Assembly: GCA_003650545.1 (NCBI GenBank)
Contig: QMQO01000003.1
Span: forward strand, 15,103-79,102
Reading direction: 5' to 3'
DNA from: Candidatus Woesearchaeota archaeon
GTDB taxonomy: Archaea > Nanobdellota > Nanobdellia > Woesearchaeales > B72-G16
DNA length: 64,000 nt
Within the stretch, counting starts at the first letter, position 1. Each line of letters opens with the position of its first letter. Shown piece after piece: positions 44,742 to 54,013 of this stretch. The translations under genes were made by a program, and so were the position numbers. The notes under the pieces were generated by a model. It had not been told where the DNA came from, searched no databases, and worked only from the letters and a program-made list of their open reading frames with translations.

Positions 44742-45842
44742 CTAAATGATTTTTTTCAGTTCTGAGGATTTTGGCTTCAAAACTTTCAAATTCTCAATCT
44801 TGTACTTCGGCTTAATCAAGCCTGGTAACTTGGGATATATGTCTAGATATTCATGTGCGATTTTCCCATAATACAGCCAGCTTAAATCAGCACCTTTTTG
44901 TTCAAGCTCTTTTAGTTCCAAATAACCTTTTAGATAAACCATTCCTTTAGTGCAACCGCCAGGTTCTGATGTGTCGCCAGCACCACGTTTTGCAGACAAA
45001 GTTAATCTAAAAGCGGCCTTGTCTGGTAGATATATTTTTAATTTGTTGAATGTTTCTATAAAAGAATTTTTTAGGATTGAATCTGCAGCAATAACTCTAC
45101 ACGCGTAATTTCTTAGAGCGTTTGTGTAAAGGACACCAAATTTGTCTTCGTTAAAGACAGCTAAGCCTTCTTCTGATTTTAAATAGTTTGCTGTTCCATA
45201 ATAGAAGATTTTGTATGGTTGAAGTAAACCGTTTTCTGCACACAAAATATGTGTACCTACTTCATGAATTATTAAGCGTTTGACAAAATGAACCGAAAAC
45301 CTTGCGTTGTTTTTGATGAATAGTGTTTTGGTTATATGGTCGGCGTCTGCTGTGGCTGGTTGATCTCTTTTCTCGACATTCCAGTTACATTTAAAATCAT
45401 TGACTGCTTGTCTGAAAAGTAAAATTGCTTTTGCAGACGAAATTAATTTTTTTTCTTTTTTGCGTTCTGTTGTTGTTAGGATTTCGTATGCTTTATTAAC
45501 AAGTTTTTTATCAGGTTTTCCGTATATCTTAACAATATTCTTTGTGAATTCTTTATTATTACCGCGGTTTTGAATCATGTTTATTTTATTGATTAGATCA
45601 TCACGTTTATCGAAAAGTAAATCTCCAAGTGGAGAATCGTCTACTTTAATGTCACGGATAAGTTCTTTCAACCTGTTTAGTTTTGGATTTGTAGGGCTAT
45701 AGATGAAATGTGGGTCTTTTTTGTTGCGAAAAAATTCTTTTTCGATAACAGCGCTTCTTAATGGGTTGATTGCAGCAAATGAGATATACTTACTAGCTGT
45801 GTTAAAGAAGTCATCAACTTTCATTAAGTGACGGATGTCCAT
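44742..45842 (-). CDS. DUF1704 / MATCAP-like metallopeptidase (QEGLA-motif family)
   Basis: A HExxH-like site (IIHEVGTHI) and the family-defining SEEGLAVFNE (QEGLA motif) are present. 366 aa. Confidence 0.7.
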   Translation of the reverse strand: MDIRHLMKVDDFFNTASKYISFAAINPLRSAVIEKEFFRNKKDPHFIYSPTNPKLNRLKELIRDIKVDDSPLGDLLFDKRDDLINKINMIQNRGNNKEFTKNIVKIYGKPDKKLVNKAYEILTTTERKKEKKLISSAKAILLFRQAVNDFKCNWNVEKRDQPATADADHITKTLFIKNNARFSVHFVKRLIIHEVGTHILCAENGLLQPYKIFYYGTANYLKSEEGLAVFNEDKFGVLYTNALRNYACRVIAADSILKNSFIETFNKLKIYLPDKAAFRLTLSAKRGAGDTSEPGGCTKGMVYLKGYLELKELEQKGADLSWLYYGKIAHEYLDIYPKLPGLIKPKYKIENLKVLKPKSSELKKII

Positions 45843-45902
45843 GACTTTTTAAAAAATAGTGTGATATTTAAAGGTTTGTTAATATTAAAAATTCAGAATT
45901 CT

Positions 45903-46415
45903 TTACAGCCATCCCCATTTTGTCAAAAAATATTTCCAGACAGGCTCTAGCTTGCCTTGTTTATCCAGTTTCTTAATCTCTGTTTTTGTCATTAATCTTA
46001 AATCGCGTACTTCTTTTGGATTTGGCTTTAGCCAACCTACACAATCAACTTCATAAACATAGAAATGATGGCCCCTAAAACCATAGTGGCATTCCAGCCA
46101 AGGCAAATATTCTTCATCAATCAAGGTTGCACCTCTTGTGTCCAAGCCTGTTTCTTCTTTGATTTCTCTCATAATGGCTTGTAATGGTGTTTCGTCCTTC
46201 TCAACATGACCAGCTGGACAGGCGTAGCCGTATGGATACTGAACTCTATCGAACATCAACAATTTTTTCCCCTGAGAGATCAGAGCACCAACAGAGGCAT
46301 GTTTTGGCATTAATGCTTTCTTTTTCTGTTGTTTTTCAAATCTAATACGATCATTCTTCAAGCTTACGCCCTTGCATCCTTTTTTTTGGATATGCTTCCT
46401 TGGAATAACGATCAC
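45903..46415 (-). CDS. NUDIX hydrolase
   Basis: The Nudix box is GHVEKDETPLQAIMREIKEETGL (Gx5Ex7REUxEExGU). Confidence 0.8.
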   Translation of the reverse strand: MIVIPRKHIQKKGCKGVSLKNDRIRFEKQQKKKALMPKHASVGALISQGKKLLMFDRVQYPYGYACPAGHVEKDETPLQAIMREIKEETGLDTRGATLIDEEYLPWLECHYGFRGHHFYVYEVDCVGWLKPNPKEVRDLRLMTKTEIKKLDKQGKLEPVWKYFLTKWGWL

Positions 46416-46436
46416 CTATAGTAACAGTTCGGTATT

Positions 46437-47033
46437 TTAGATTAAATCTTTCATCTTTAAAGCCAACACCAAATCGTCCAAACGTTTAACATCGTAACGC
46501 ATTCCATCAACCATTTTTCTTAATTCAGATGTTCTAAAATCAAATTGCATTAGGATATCATAGAGTTCTGATACAAAGTTTTTGATCTTGAACGCCTCAA
46601 CATATTTGCCTGCAATCGTCAGGTTGATTGCTTTCCTTGTGAGCTCACCTGTTAGGTCACAAAGCCCTAGCAGGTAGTATTCCTCATCAACATCTAGAAC
46701 ATTAGATGTGGGAATTTTATTCTGCTTAACAAAACTATAATAGCAGATTGCCTCAACATATTCTTGGATTGCTGCTTTATAACTCCCTATATCCAATTTT
46801 CTGTTGGCCCTAACAATTCTTTTAAGAATCGCTACTTCTTTCTTAATGCTTGCTATGTATTTTGCAGCAGTCTTTAAATCTTTTCTGTGCACGGCATAAA
46901 TGATCTGCTTGCTTAGCTTGATTATGTCGCGCGATTTCTTAATTAGTTTTTCACGCTGATTATCCAACGCTTCCATTTTTCGTTTTATTCTGTTCAGATT
47001 TGTTTTGTTTATAATGCAATTCATTTTCAACAC
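46437..47033 (-). CDS. translin-family protein
   Basis: All-helical 198-aa protein with YLLGLCDLTGELTRKAIN (translin/TRAX signature ylxGlxDxxGEL.R). Confidence 0.65.
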   Translation of the reverse strand: MLKMNCIINKTNLNRIKRKMEALDNQREKLIKKSRDIIKLSKQIIYAVHRKDLKTAAKYIASIKKEVAILKRIVRANRKLDIGSYKAAIQEYVEAICYYSFVKQNKIPTSNVLDVDEEYYLLGLCDLTGELTRKAINLTIAGKYVEAFKIKNFVSELYDILMQFDFRTSELRKMVDGMRYDVKRLDDLVLALKMKDLI

Positions 47034-47164
47034 TGGAGAATATAGATCTATATATAAATGTTTATATAATATTTACAAAATATTGCTTTCTGCTACTTCA
47101 ACAATCAATCGTTATAGGTGAATAACCTAATGCTCCACAATAGAGTTAAGGAGTTGGGAGAGTA

Positions 47165-48283
47165 CTATTTTCTTGTAGATTTTCTCCAAAGTGTTTCAAA
47201 GTATTTTCTATAAACTGATATCATCTCTTTATTCCTACTTACGATTACTCTGAATTTTTTTTCTGTATAGAGGAATTCAACTATTAGGTCATCTGAAAGA
47301 GTAACACAGGCAGGTCCACAGATATCTTTATCTAAAAATTGTATGTTGAATTTCTTCCATTCTATCATTCTTACATTAAAATATTTTTTTGAATTAGAAT
47401 CATCATAAGAGATTAATCTTGCGGGAATATCATTCCTTAATCTTTGTTTGTGCCATTTGTTACTAAAATCCCGTCCATAAATTTGAGCTAATCCCCATGA
47501 AAAACCATATCCTACTAATTCTTTAGATTTTTTAGACACTAATGCCATCCATGCTCTTCTAATGCCTGCAATACCGGAATAAATCTTAATTTCTCTATTC
47601 CAAAGATTGTTGAAAAATAAAGTATTATCTTTAGCGATTTCCTCACTTTCAATAAAGATAGCAACAGGAATATCTGACCATAAAATTAAAATTGTTTTGT
47701 TTCCAAAAGTGAATGTCGTAATATTTGAGGTTTCTTCTTCTGTTAAAAGATCAATCTTTGCTAAGGGTAGTTCAACATCTTCATTAGTAAGAATTTTGAT
47801 TTTTATTTTTTCTTTCTCTCTTCTCTTGTTCCAAATATCGTAGTACTCTTCCATAATTTGTTGAAAACGTGTAATTGAGCCATGCACTAATACTTCTTTT
47901 TTCTCTTTGAGAATTAGATTTAGTACTGTTCTAATTCCTTTTTTTGAAGAAAAAAGCTCTACTTTAGGACCTTCTTTTACAGGTTTTTTAAGCTGCTCTA
48001 ACTCTGGCAGAATCGATTTAACTTGTTCTTCTCTTTCTTTAATAATTTCTAATAAATGGCTTGGTTCAGCAGCTTTGAAATATTTCTTGTTATCTTTAAC
48101 AACATAGCTAACTAAACCTGCATCTATAAGTTTTTTTAATCTGTCATATGTAAATGTTCTGTTTGTATTTGTTTTCTTTGCTAATTCTGTTGCTGTAGCT
48201 TCATCTGCTTTAAGCAATTCCAAGTATAGCTTTACTTCTGCTTCTGTTAGTCCGAAATTCTGTAATATCCTTTCTTTTTGCAT
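47165..48283 (-). CDS. TrmB-family transcriptional regulator with large C-terminal domain
   Basis: ILQNFGLTEAEVKLYLELLKADEATATELAKKTNTNRTFTYDRLKKLIDAGLVSYV. 372 aa. Confidence 0.8.
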   Translation of the reverse strand: MQKERILQNFGLTEAEVKLYLELLKADEATATELAKKTNTNRTFTYDRLKKLIDAGLVSYVVKDNKKYFKAAEPSHLLEIIKEREEQVKSILPELEQLKKPVKEGPKVELFSSKKGIRTVLNLILKEKKEVLVHGSITRFQQIMEEYYDIWNKRREKEKIKIKILTNEDVELPLAKIDLLTEEETSNITTFTFGNKTILILWSDIPVAIFIESEEIAKDNTLFFNNLWNREIKIYSGIAGIRRAWMALVSKKSKELVGYGFSWGLAQIYGRDFSNKWHKQRLRNDIPARLISYDDSNSKKYFNVRMIEWKKFNIQFLDKDICGPACVTLSDDLIVEFLYTEKKFRVIVSRNKEMISVYRKYFETLWRKSTRK

Positions 48284-48372
48284 TTGATAAAGATATCAGA
48301 ATCACTATTTAAATTTGTCGTTTTATTTTAAGACAACATAAATTAAAATACTCATTTTGCTACTACTCTTAT

Positions 48373-49407
48373 ATGGTAAATCCAAACTTATTAGAAGTTG
48401 AAATTGGTAGAACACCACTGATTCGATACAAAGGTAGGGTTCCAAATAAAAATAAAATCTGGATTAAAAGAGAGTGCGATAATCCATTTGGGAGCCATTA
48501 TGATAGAGTGTACCTAAAACTATTCAAACATTGTGAAGAACAAGGGAAGATCTATCCAGGAGATAAGGTCATAGAAACTACTTCTGGAGCTGCAGGAGTA
48601 TCATTTGCTGGAATTGGTAGACTATTAGGCTATGATTGTTATGTAGCTCTTCCTGCAGGAGGAGAAAAAGCCAGAGAAGAAGCCATCAAAAGCCAGTTAC
48701 CAAATGATGACCATCTAATTTTAACTCCAGCAGAGGAATATATTAGTGGTTTTCCAAAATTCTTAAAGAAGTTTTTAGCAGAGCACAAAGATTATTTTTT
48801 CTTAAACCACTCAATGGGCCCTAGAAATAAACAAATAGGAAGATATGAAAATAATGAGATTACATTAAAAGCTTTAGAAGAGATAGCAAAAGAAGTTGTT
48901 GAGGAAATAGAAGTTGATTATTTTATACCTGCTGTTGGAAATGGTTCAAGTGTACTAGGTCCTGGAAGAGAATTCAAAAGAGTATCGCCTAAAATAAAAA
49001 TAATTGCTTTTGAGACTTTTCAGTCGGCGGTTGCTTATGAACAAATGTATCCGAATGAATATGAAAGAATATTTGGAATTAAGCCTGGTACTTTGTCAAG
49101 ACATAGATTGCCAGGAACCAGTTATCAAGGGATTGATTTTCCTCATATAAGAAATGCAGTAGAAGGCGGAATTATAGACGATGTTGTTTTAGTTAGTGAT
49201 ACAAGGATGGACGAAGAATATGAGAGAATTACTGAGAGGAATTGCACAAAAAAATTACCTCATTGGGATATGCCACTTGTAGATCACGAAGATTTAGGTA
49301 GAACTGGAAAAGCAGGAATAGCAGTAGCTCTAAAAATAGCAGAAAAAGTAAACGGCAAAAATCTTGTGGTTATTGGTTATGATAAAGCAGAGAGATATGA
49401 TAGCTGA
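48373..49407 (+). CDS. fold-type II PLP-enzyme homolog (cysteine synthase/CBS-like) lacking the canonical Schiff-base lysine
   Basis: TPLIRY...IWIKRECDNPFGSHYDRVY...VIETTSGAAGVSFA...PAVGNGSSVLG is colinear with CysK/CysM (..KlE..NPgGSvKDR.. ..E.TSGNTGi..). The position of the PLP lysine (SvKDR) reads SHYDR. Confidence 0.7.
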   Translation: MVNPNLLEVEIGRTPLIRYKGRVPNKNKIWIKRECDNPFGSHYDRVYLKLFKHCEEQGKIYPGDKVIETTSGAAGVSFAGIGRLLGYDCYVALPAGGEKAREEAIKSQLPNDDHLILTPAEEYISGFPKFLKKFLAEHKDYFFLNHSMGPRNKQIGRYENNEITLKALEEIAKEVVEEIEVDYFIPAVGNGSSVLGPGREFKRVSPKIKIIAFETFQSAVAYEQMYPNEYERIFGIKPGTLSRHRLPGTSYQGIDFPHIRNAVEGGIIDDVVLVSDTRMDEEYERITERNCTKKLPHWDMPLVDHEDLGRTGKAGIAVALKIAEKVNGKNLVVIGYDKAERYDS

Positions 49408-49644
49408 AAACATGGTTAAAATATGATAGTTAAAATCCCAGATTTTTTCTTTTAACGGTTCTTTCAAAACAATAGATAGTAATAGATAACAAAGATAATT
49501 AAACAGTTACTAAATTTAGTTATAATCACATATTAATATTTTACATATTAATATTTTTTCTTGCTTCTTCTACATTCAAGTATATTTAATGTATAAAGAA
49601 ACTATAATTAAATTTTGAAGAATATGAATAAAAACTTAGTTTGA

Positions 49645-50562
49645 TTATGCACTTTTGAGTTCATTTATTTTATCAACATAACTCATCTTAAGCTCTTCTT
49701 GATTAGCTCCTTTAATACAAAGTCTATGTGTGAAAGTTCCAGTGTGTCTCTCATAAGCTCTGATTATACTACCTAAATCGTAGAACTCTTTAATCATATT
49801 TGATATTAACTCTGCTTGCTTCTTACTTTTTTCTTGTGTACTCATGTGGTGCATGTTTAATGTAATATCATTATTTTGCAAACGCCCCCTTAAATAAAAC
49901 AAGCCATCTATAAAAGTTTTGATTGTTTTATGTCTGAACTTCTTTTCATTTTTGGAGAGATTTTTGGCGTAATATAAATCTTCTATGTATGTTGGGATAG
50001 TCACTTCTTCTTGGCTCTTTTCTCCAATTGGGAAACCGAGTTGGGTAAACAATCTGGGTATTGAACCTGTTATATCAATATATCCATCTGGTGCATATGG
50101 TTCTGTTGCCCTTAATTTGCTTAAAGTATGTTTTATATTTATAGCTTCCTGAGGATTTTTATAGTTAAGATGCATCTCATAGCGAGTTCTGTTTTTTGTG
50201 GAATTATTACTTAATGATCCCCTCCAAAAGAGCCAGGATCCTAGTATGTTTATTATATCGAATTTTTCATTTGAATAAGTGAAAGGAAGAAGGCCTAATT
50301 CAACCAATGTGTTAATTCCATTGATAACACAAGGAATTTTAGGTTCTTTTTTTCTACTCCATGCTTTGAATCTATTATAAAAAACAACATACCTTGTTCT
50401 GTCTGCACTTTTTATACCAAAATGTTCTCTCACTATTCTCCCAAGTGTCCATCCTCTTTCAATTCTGTCTTTAACTTCTAGATATTCTTTAAGTATTCTT
50501 TCTCCATCTGTGTATGTTCTTGCTATGTCTTTTTTAGTTATGTTTAATAACCCCTCTAACAT
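49645..50562 (-). CDS. hypothetical protein, possibly a degenerate double-LAGLIDADG-like DNA-binding fold
   Basis: 305 aa. Two motif-like segments, IINILGSWLFWRGSLS and KTFIDGLFYLRGRL, are spaced about 110 aa apart. They resemble LAGLIDADG helices but lack the acidic catalytic residues. This is very tentative. Confidence 0.3.
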   Translation of the reverse strand: MLEGLLNITKKDIARTYTDGERILKEYLEVKDRIERGWTLGRIVREHFGIKSADRTRYVVFYNRFKAWSRKKEPKIPCVINGINTLVELGLLPFTYSNEKFDIINILGSWLFWRGSLSNNSTKNRTRYEMHLNYKNPQEAINIKHTLSKLRATEPYAPDGYIDITGSIPRLFTQLGFPIGEKSQEEVTIPTYIEDLYYAKNLSKNEKKFRHKTIKTFIDGLFYLRGRLQNNDITLNMHHMSTQEKSKKQAELISNMIKEFYDLGSIIRAYERHTGTFTHRLCIKGANQEELKMSYVDKINELKSA

Positions 50563-50718
50563 CTTATTAATGAAGAAGTGACTTGTTTATAAATTTAGCT
50601 ATTTCAGAGTGGTTATGGAAGATTTTCAATTTTTAGAGAAATCATTATCTTTCATACATAATAAATAGAAACCTTTAAATATTACTGTTATTATTATCAT
50701 TAAAGTAACGATTAAAAA

Positions 50719-51303
50719 ATGGCAGAAGGAACAGTATTTGGAAATGTGTTGCAGTTTTTTTCAGATGCTGGCATTTATCAAGTTGTTCTTCCATTCTTGC
50801 TGATATTTGCAATGGTGTTTGCTATTCTAGAAAAGACAAAAGTCTTTGGCTTGGAAGAGATAAATGGCAAACAATACACTAGGAAGAATGTAAACTCAAT
50901 TGTAGCTTTTGTGATTGCGTTCTTTGTTGTTGGCTCATCGCAATTGGTTGAGATCATACTAAAAGTGTCAAGTCAAGCAATGATTGTTCTATTAGTAGTG
51001 GTGCTTGCAATGGTTCTGATTGGAACCTTCAGCAAGGAAGATGAAGGTTATTTCACAGGCCCATATAAATGGATTTTTATGGTCATTGTTGGCTTAGCGC
51101 TTGCTCTTATAATTGCGAATGCAATCCCTATTGCTGGGACAACTGCATTAAGATATGCATACGACTGGCTTATAGCTAACGTGACCTCAACAATCATAGC
51201 AACGATATTACTCATAGCACTCATCATTGGAGTTATGGTCTTCATAACTAGTGGTGATCTAATCGAGAAATTCCTTGGAGGGGCTAAGAAAAAAGAAGAA
51301 TAG
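50719..51303 (+). CDS. polytopic membrane protein, paralog 1 of 3
   Basis: It shares the N-terminal helix motif VVLPFLLIFAMVFAILEKTKVFG with the next two genes. About 5 TM helices. Confidence 0.5.
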   Translation: MAEGTVFGNVLQFFSDAGIYQVVLPFLLIFAMVFAILEKTKVFGLEEINGKQYTRKNVNSIVAFVIAFFVVGSSQLVEIILKVSSQAMIVLLVVVLAMVLIGTFSKEDEGYFTGPYKWIFMVIVGLALALIIANAIPIAGTTALRYAYDWLIANVTSTIIATILLIALIIGVMVFITSGDLIEKFLGGAKKKEE

Positions 51304-51311
51304 GTGACGTC

Positions 51312-51953
51312 ATGGTATTTGATTATAGATATTATAGCATTGGCAGCTCGTACACAAGTAGCAGCTTTGTTATGTTCTTAAAGAACACGGGCTTTATTGA
51401 CGTCATAATTCCATTTTTGTTAATCTTCACTGTTATTTACGCTGTGCTGCATAAAACAAAGGCAATCTCTGAAGAGAAAAACATTCATGTTATCTTGTCA
51501 TTATTACTCGCAATAATCGCAATACTCCCCCACATTTTGAGTGAAGTGGGGAGACCTATTGTACCTCCTCAATATGACTTTGTGAGAATAATGTATGCTG
51601 TCTTGCCTGAAGTAGCTATTCTTATAATCGCAATTGTATTGATGCTCATAGTTCTTGGGTTGTTCTTGAGCAATGTGAAAATTGGTGGAACTACATTTGG
51701 TGCATGGGGAACTATTATTGCTATACTAATTATTATTGGGATATTTGTAATTAACATTTTTGATATAAACATAGCTAGATATCCTATCTGGAATAGAATA
51801 TTGACTCCACAGAATCAAGCAATATTAATAATCATACTTGTGTTTGCGATAATAATTGCTTGGGTGACGTATGAACCAAAGGCAGAGGGCGGTATTGGAA
51901 AAAGCTTGGATAAATTCGTCAAGGTATTTAGCGAAATAGGTAAAAAAGACTAA
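51312..51953 (+). CDS. polytopic membrane protein, paralog 2 of 3
   Basis: VIIPFLLIFTVIYAVLHKTKAI. About 5 TM helices. It starts 8 bp after paralog 1. Confidence 0.5.
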   Translation: MVFDYRYYSIGSSYTSSSFVMFLKNTGFIDVIIPFLLIFTVIYAVLHKTKAISEEKNIHVILSLLLAIIAILPHILSEVGRPIVPPQYDFVRIMYAVLPEVAILIIAIVLMLIVLGLFLSNVKIGGTTFGAWGTIIAILIIIGIFVINIFDINIARYPIWNRILTPQNQAILIIILVFAIIIAWVTYEPKAEGGIGKSLDKFVKVFSEIGKKD

Positions 51954-51965
51954 GGTTTATTCATC

Positions 51966-52547
51966 ATGGCTTCATTACTTGACTTATCACTAGCGCAACA
52001 TTTCGCTGTTATCTTTGCGCTTTTGTTTATTTTTGTTGTTGTTTATGCTATATTACAGTATACCAAATTTTTAGAAGCTGATAAGAATGTGCACGCGCTC
52101 ATCGCTTTTATAGTTGCGTTCTTGTTCATACTAAGTCCACAAGCTATCAATGCTGTTACTAATTTTGCACCGTGGTTCACTATGTTTTTTGTGTTTGCAA
52201 CATTCTTTATAGCTGCATATACGTTATTTGGAATAAAAACAGAAGATATTGCAAAGGTGATCAAGCACCCAACAGCAGCCTGGACTTTAGGGATATTAGC
52301 CTTTGTGGTAGGTGCTGCAGCCATCGGTGCGGCTTTTGGCCAGACTTTTCTTGAATTTGGTGCTAAAGCAGGCATCCCTGGTGTGACAGAGCCTGGTGAA
52401 ATTACAGATCTTCCAATTAACACAACAGCCGGTTATGTTGCTAATGTCCAAAGAACATTATTTGACCCAAAAGTTATTGGCCTGTTCTTTGTGATGGCAA
52501 TTGCGATTGCAACTATTAAATTGTTAGCAGGAAAAGCGATAGCATAA
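51966..52547 (+). CDS. polytopic membrane protein, paralog 3 of 3
   Basis: AVIFALLFIFVVVYAILQYTKFL. About 5 TM helices. It is more divergent than the other two. Confidence 0.5.
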   Translation: MASLLDLSLAQHFAVIFALLFIFVVVYAILQYTKFLEADKNVHALIAFIVAFLFILSPQAINAVTNFAPWFTMFFVFATFFIAAYTLFGIKTEDIAKVIKHPTAAWTLGILAFVVGAAAIGAAFGQTFLEFGAKAGIPGVTEPGEITDLPINTTAGYVANVQRTLFDPKVIGLFFVMAIAIATIKLLAGKAIA

Positions 52548-52595
52548 AAAAATTAGAAAAATTAGCATGTTAACTAGAAAAACTATTTCTAAAAA

Positions 52596-53252
52596 TTATT
52601 TTTTCTTTGCCTTAGTCTTCACATAACCCGTGACCCTAGATAACTCATTAACATTCTGTGTGAATTGTGGCAAAACTTGAGAAAACACCTTTTCCATTGC
52701 CTTAAGATCTACACCAATTTCTTTAACATGCTTATCATACTCTGCAACTCTTTCAAGGACAGCTTTCTGTAAGTCCTGCAGGCTTCTTGTTATGTCCAAA
52801 ATTTGCTGTTCAATCTTTGTTACGCGCTGGTCAACTTTTTCTTTCCAGTCAATGACACGCCGCATTCCTTTTTCAAGCTCGTCCCATTTTTCATCAATAA
52901 TTGCTTCTGCAATCTCTTCAATCTTTTGATCTTGAATTTGTTGTTCAGGCATAGTTGGCATCTGGCCTGGTACAGGCATTGTTGGTGCTGCTGGTGCAGC
53001 TCCTGCCTGAGCTGGAAGTATATCAGAAGTTATTTTTGTTGATTGTGAATCTAATGCTGGCTTTTTTATTGTCTGCATCATCTCTGCTTGGTTCATTGCA
53101 TCATAAACCTGCTGCACTGTGTAGCCATCTCTCTGTAAGTTCTGGATTATTTGGTTATTGCTAAGACCATGTTTACGCATTTCAATAACTTTATCAATAG
53201 GAATATCCTGAGGTTGTGCTTGCTGTCTAGATTTGCCAAAAATAGCCATCAT
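52596..53252 (-). CDS. coiled-coil protein with N-terminal ~35-aa helical module and P/Q/A-rich linker
   Basis: The N-terminal IDKVIEMRKHGLSNNQIIQNLQRDGYTVQQVYDAMNQA has the same pattern as the repeats in the 33351 gene. A low-complexity linker and a C-terminal heptad-rich region follow. Confidence 0.45.
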   Translation of the reverse strand: MMAIFGKSRQQAQPQDIPIDKVIEMRKHGLSNNQIIQNLQRDGYTVQQVYDAMNQAEMMQTIKKPALDSQSTKITSDILPAQAGAAPAAPTMPVPGQMPTMPEQQIQDQKIEEIAEAIIDEKWDELEKGMRRVIDWKEKVDQRVTKIEQQILDITRSLQDLQKAVLERVAEYDKHVKEIGVDLKAMEKVFSQVLPQFTQNVNELSRVTGYVKTKAKKK

Positions 53253-53410
53253 ACCACCTTTTTAATCACTGGAAGCAATTTCTAATGATTAATTTTCTTG
53301 ATTAATTTTCTTATTGTCAATTTATTCAATTTCCAACTTTTCTGTGCATTAAAAATGGTTTCATGTTTTTAAAGGTTTCGTTTAAAGTTTTGTTCTATAA
53401 ATAATGTCAA

Positions 53411-53899
53411 CTAAGCCTTTTCTTCTTTGAATTGCTGTAATTTTTCGTCTATAATTTTAAGCACTTCATCATGAGTAACAAATTTAACAGGTTGCCACAT
53501 TTCTATATAACGCTGCAACACTTTATAATCGTCAAGTCTGACTGTGTTTTCAATCTCTTTTATCAATAGATGTATATTTTGCTTGATGTCATGTAACTCT
53601 TGCTTGATATCTTCTATGTCTGCGTTTGTTAAACGTAAGTTTTCATGTAGTTTTTTATCATTTTGTATGGTGCTTTGCTCGAATAATTGCATTCTTCTGC
53701 GCAGATTTGAGTATTGCTCTTCAATCATACGCATTCTTCTTGTTAGGTCAAGGATATCGTTACGAAAGTTCGGTTGTGGCTGAGGGTTTTTTTTTTCAAA
53801 CAAACCAGGCCTTTCTTCTGGCTCAGGTGCAATTGGAGGTGGCATCCTTCCACCACTAAAGAGTCTTGCGTGTTCTTCTTCAGGTAAAAGCTTTGCCAT
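53411..53899 (-). CDS. coiled-coil protein
   Basis: 162 aa with a Pro-rich N-terminus followed by long heptad-like helices. It is divergent from the ATPase gene. Confidence 0.45.
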   Translation of the reverse strand: MAKLLPEEEHARLFSGGRMPPPIAPEPEERPGLFEKKNPQPQPNFRNDILDLTRRMRMIEEQYSNLRRRMQLFEQSTIQNDKKLHENLRLTNADIEDIKQELHDIKQNIHLLIKEIENTVRLDDYKVLQRYIEMWQPVKFVTHDEVLKIIDEKLQQFKEEKA

Positions 53900-54013
53900 T
53901 TTTATATCACAATTATATAATAATATTTAAATATATATCTGAATTTTGTTTTATTTAAGCAATATGATAAGTTGATGTTAGTATATTAAAGTAGTTAAAA
54001 TAAGGGGTGTTAG

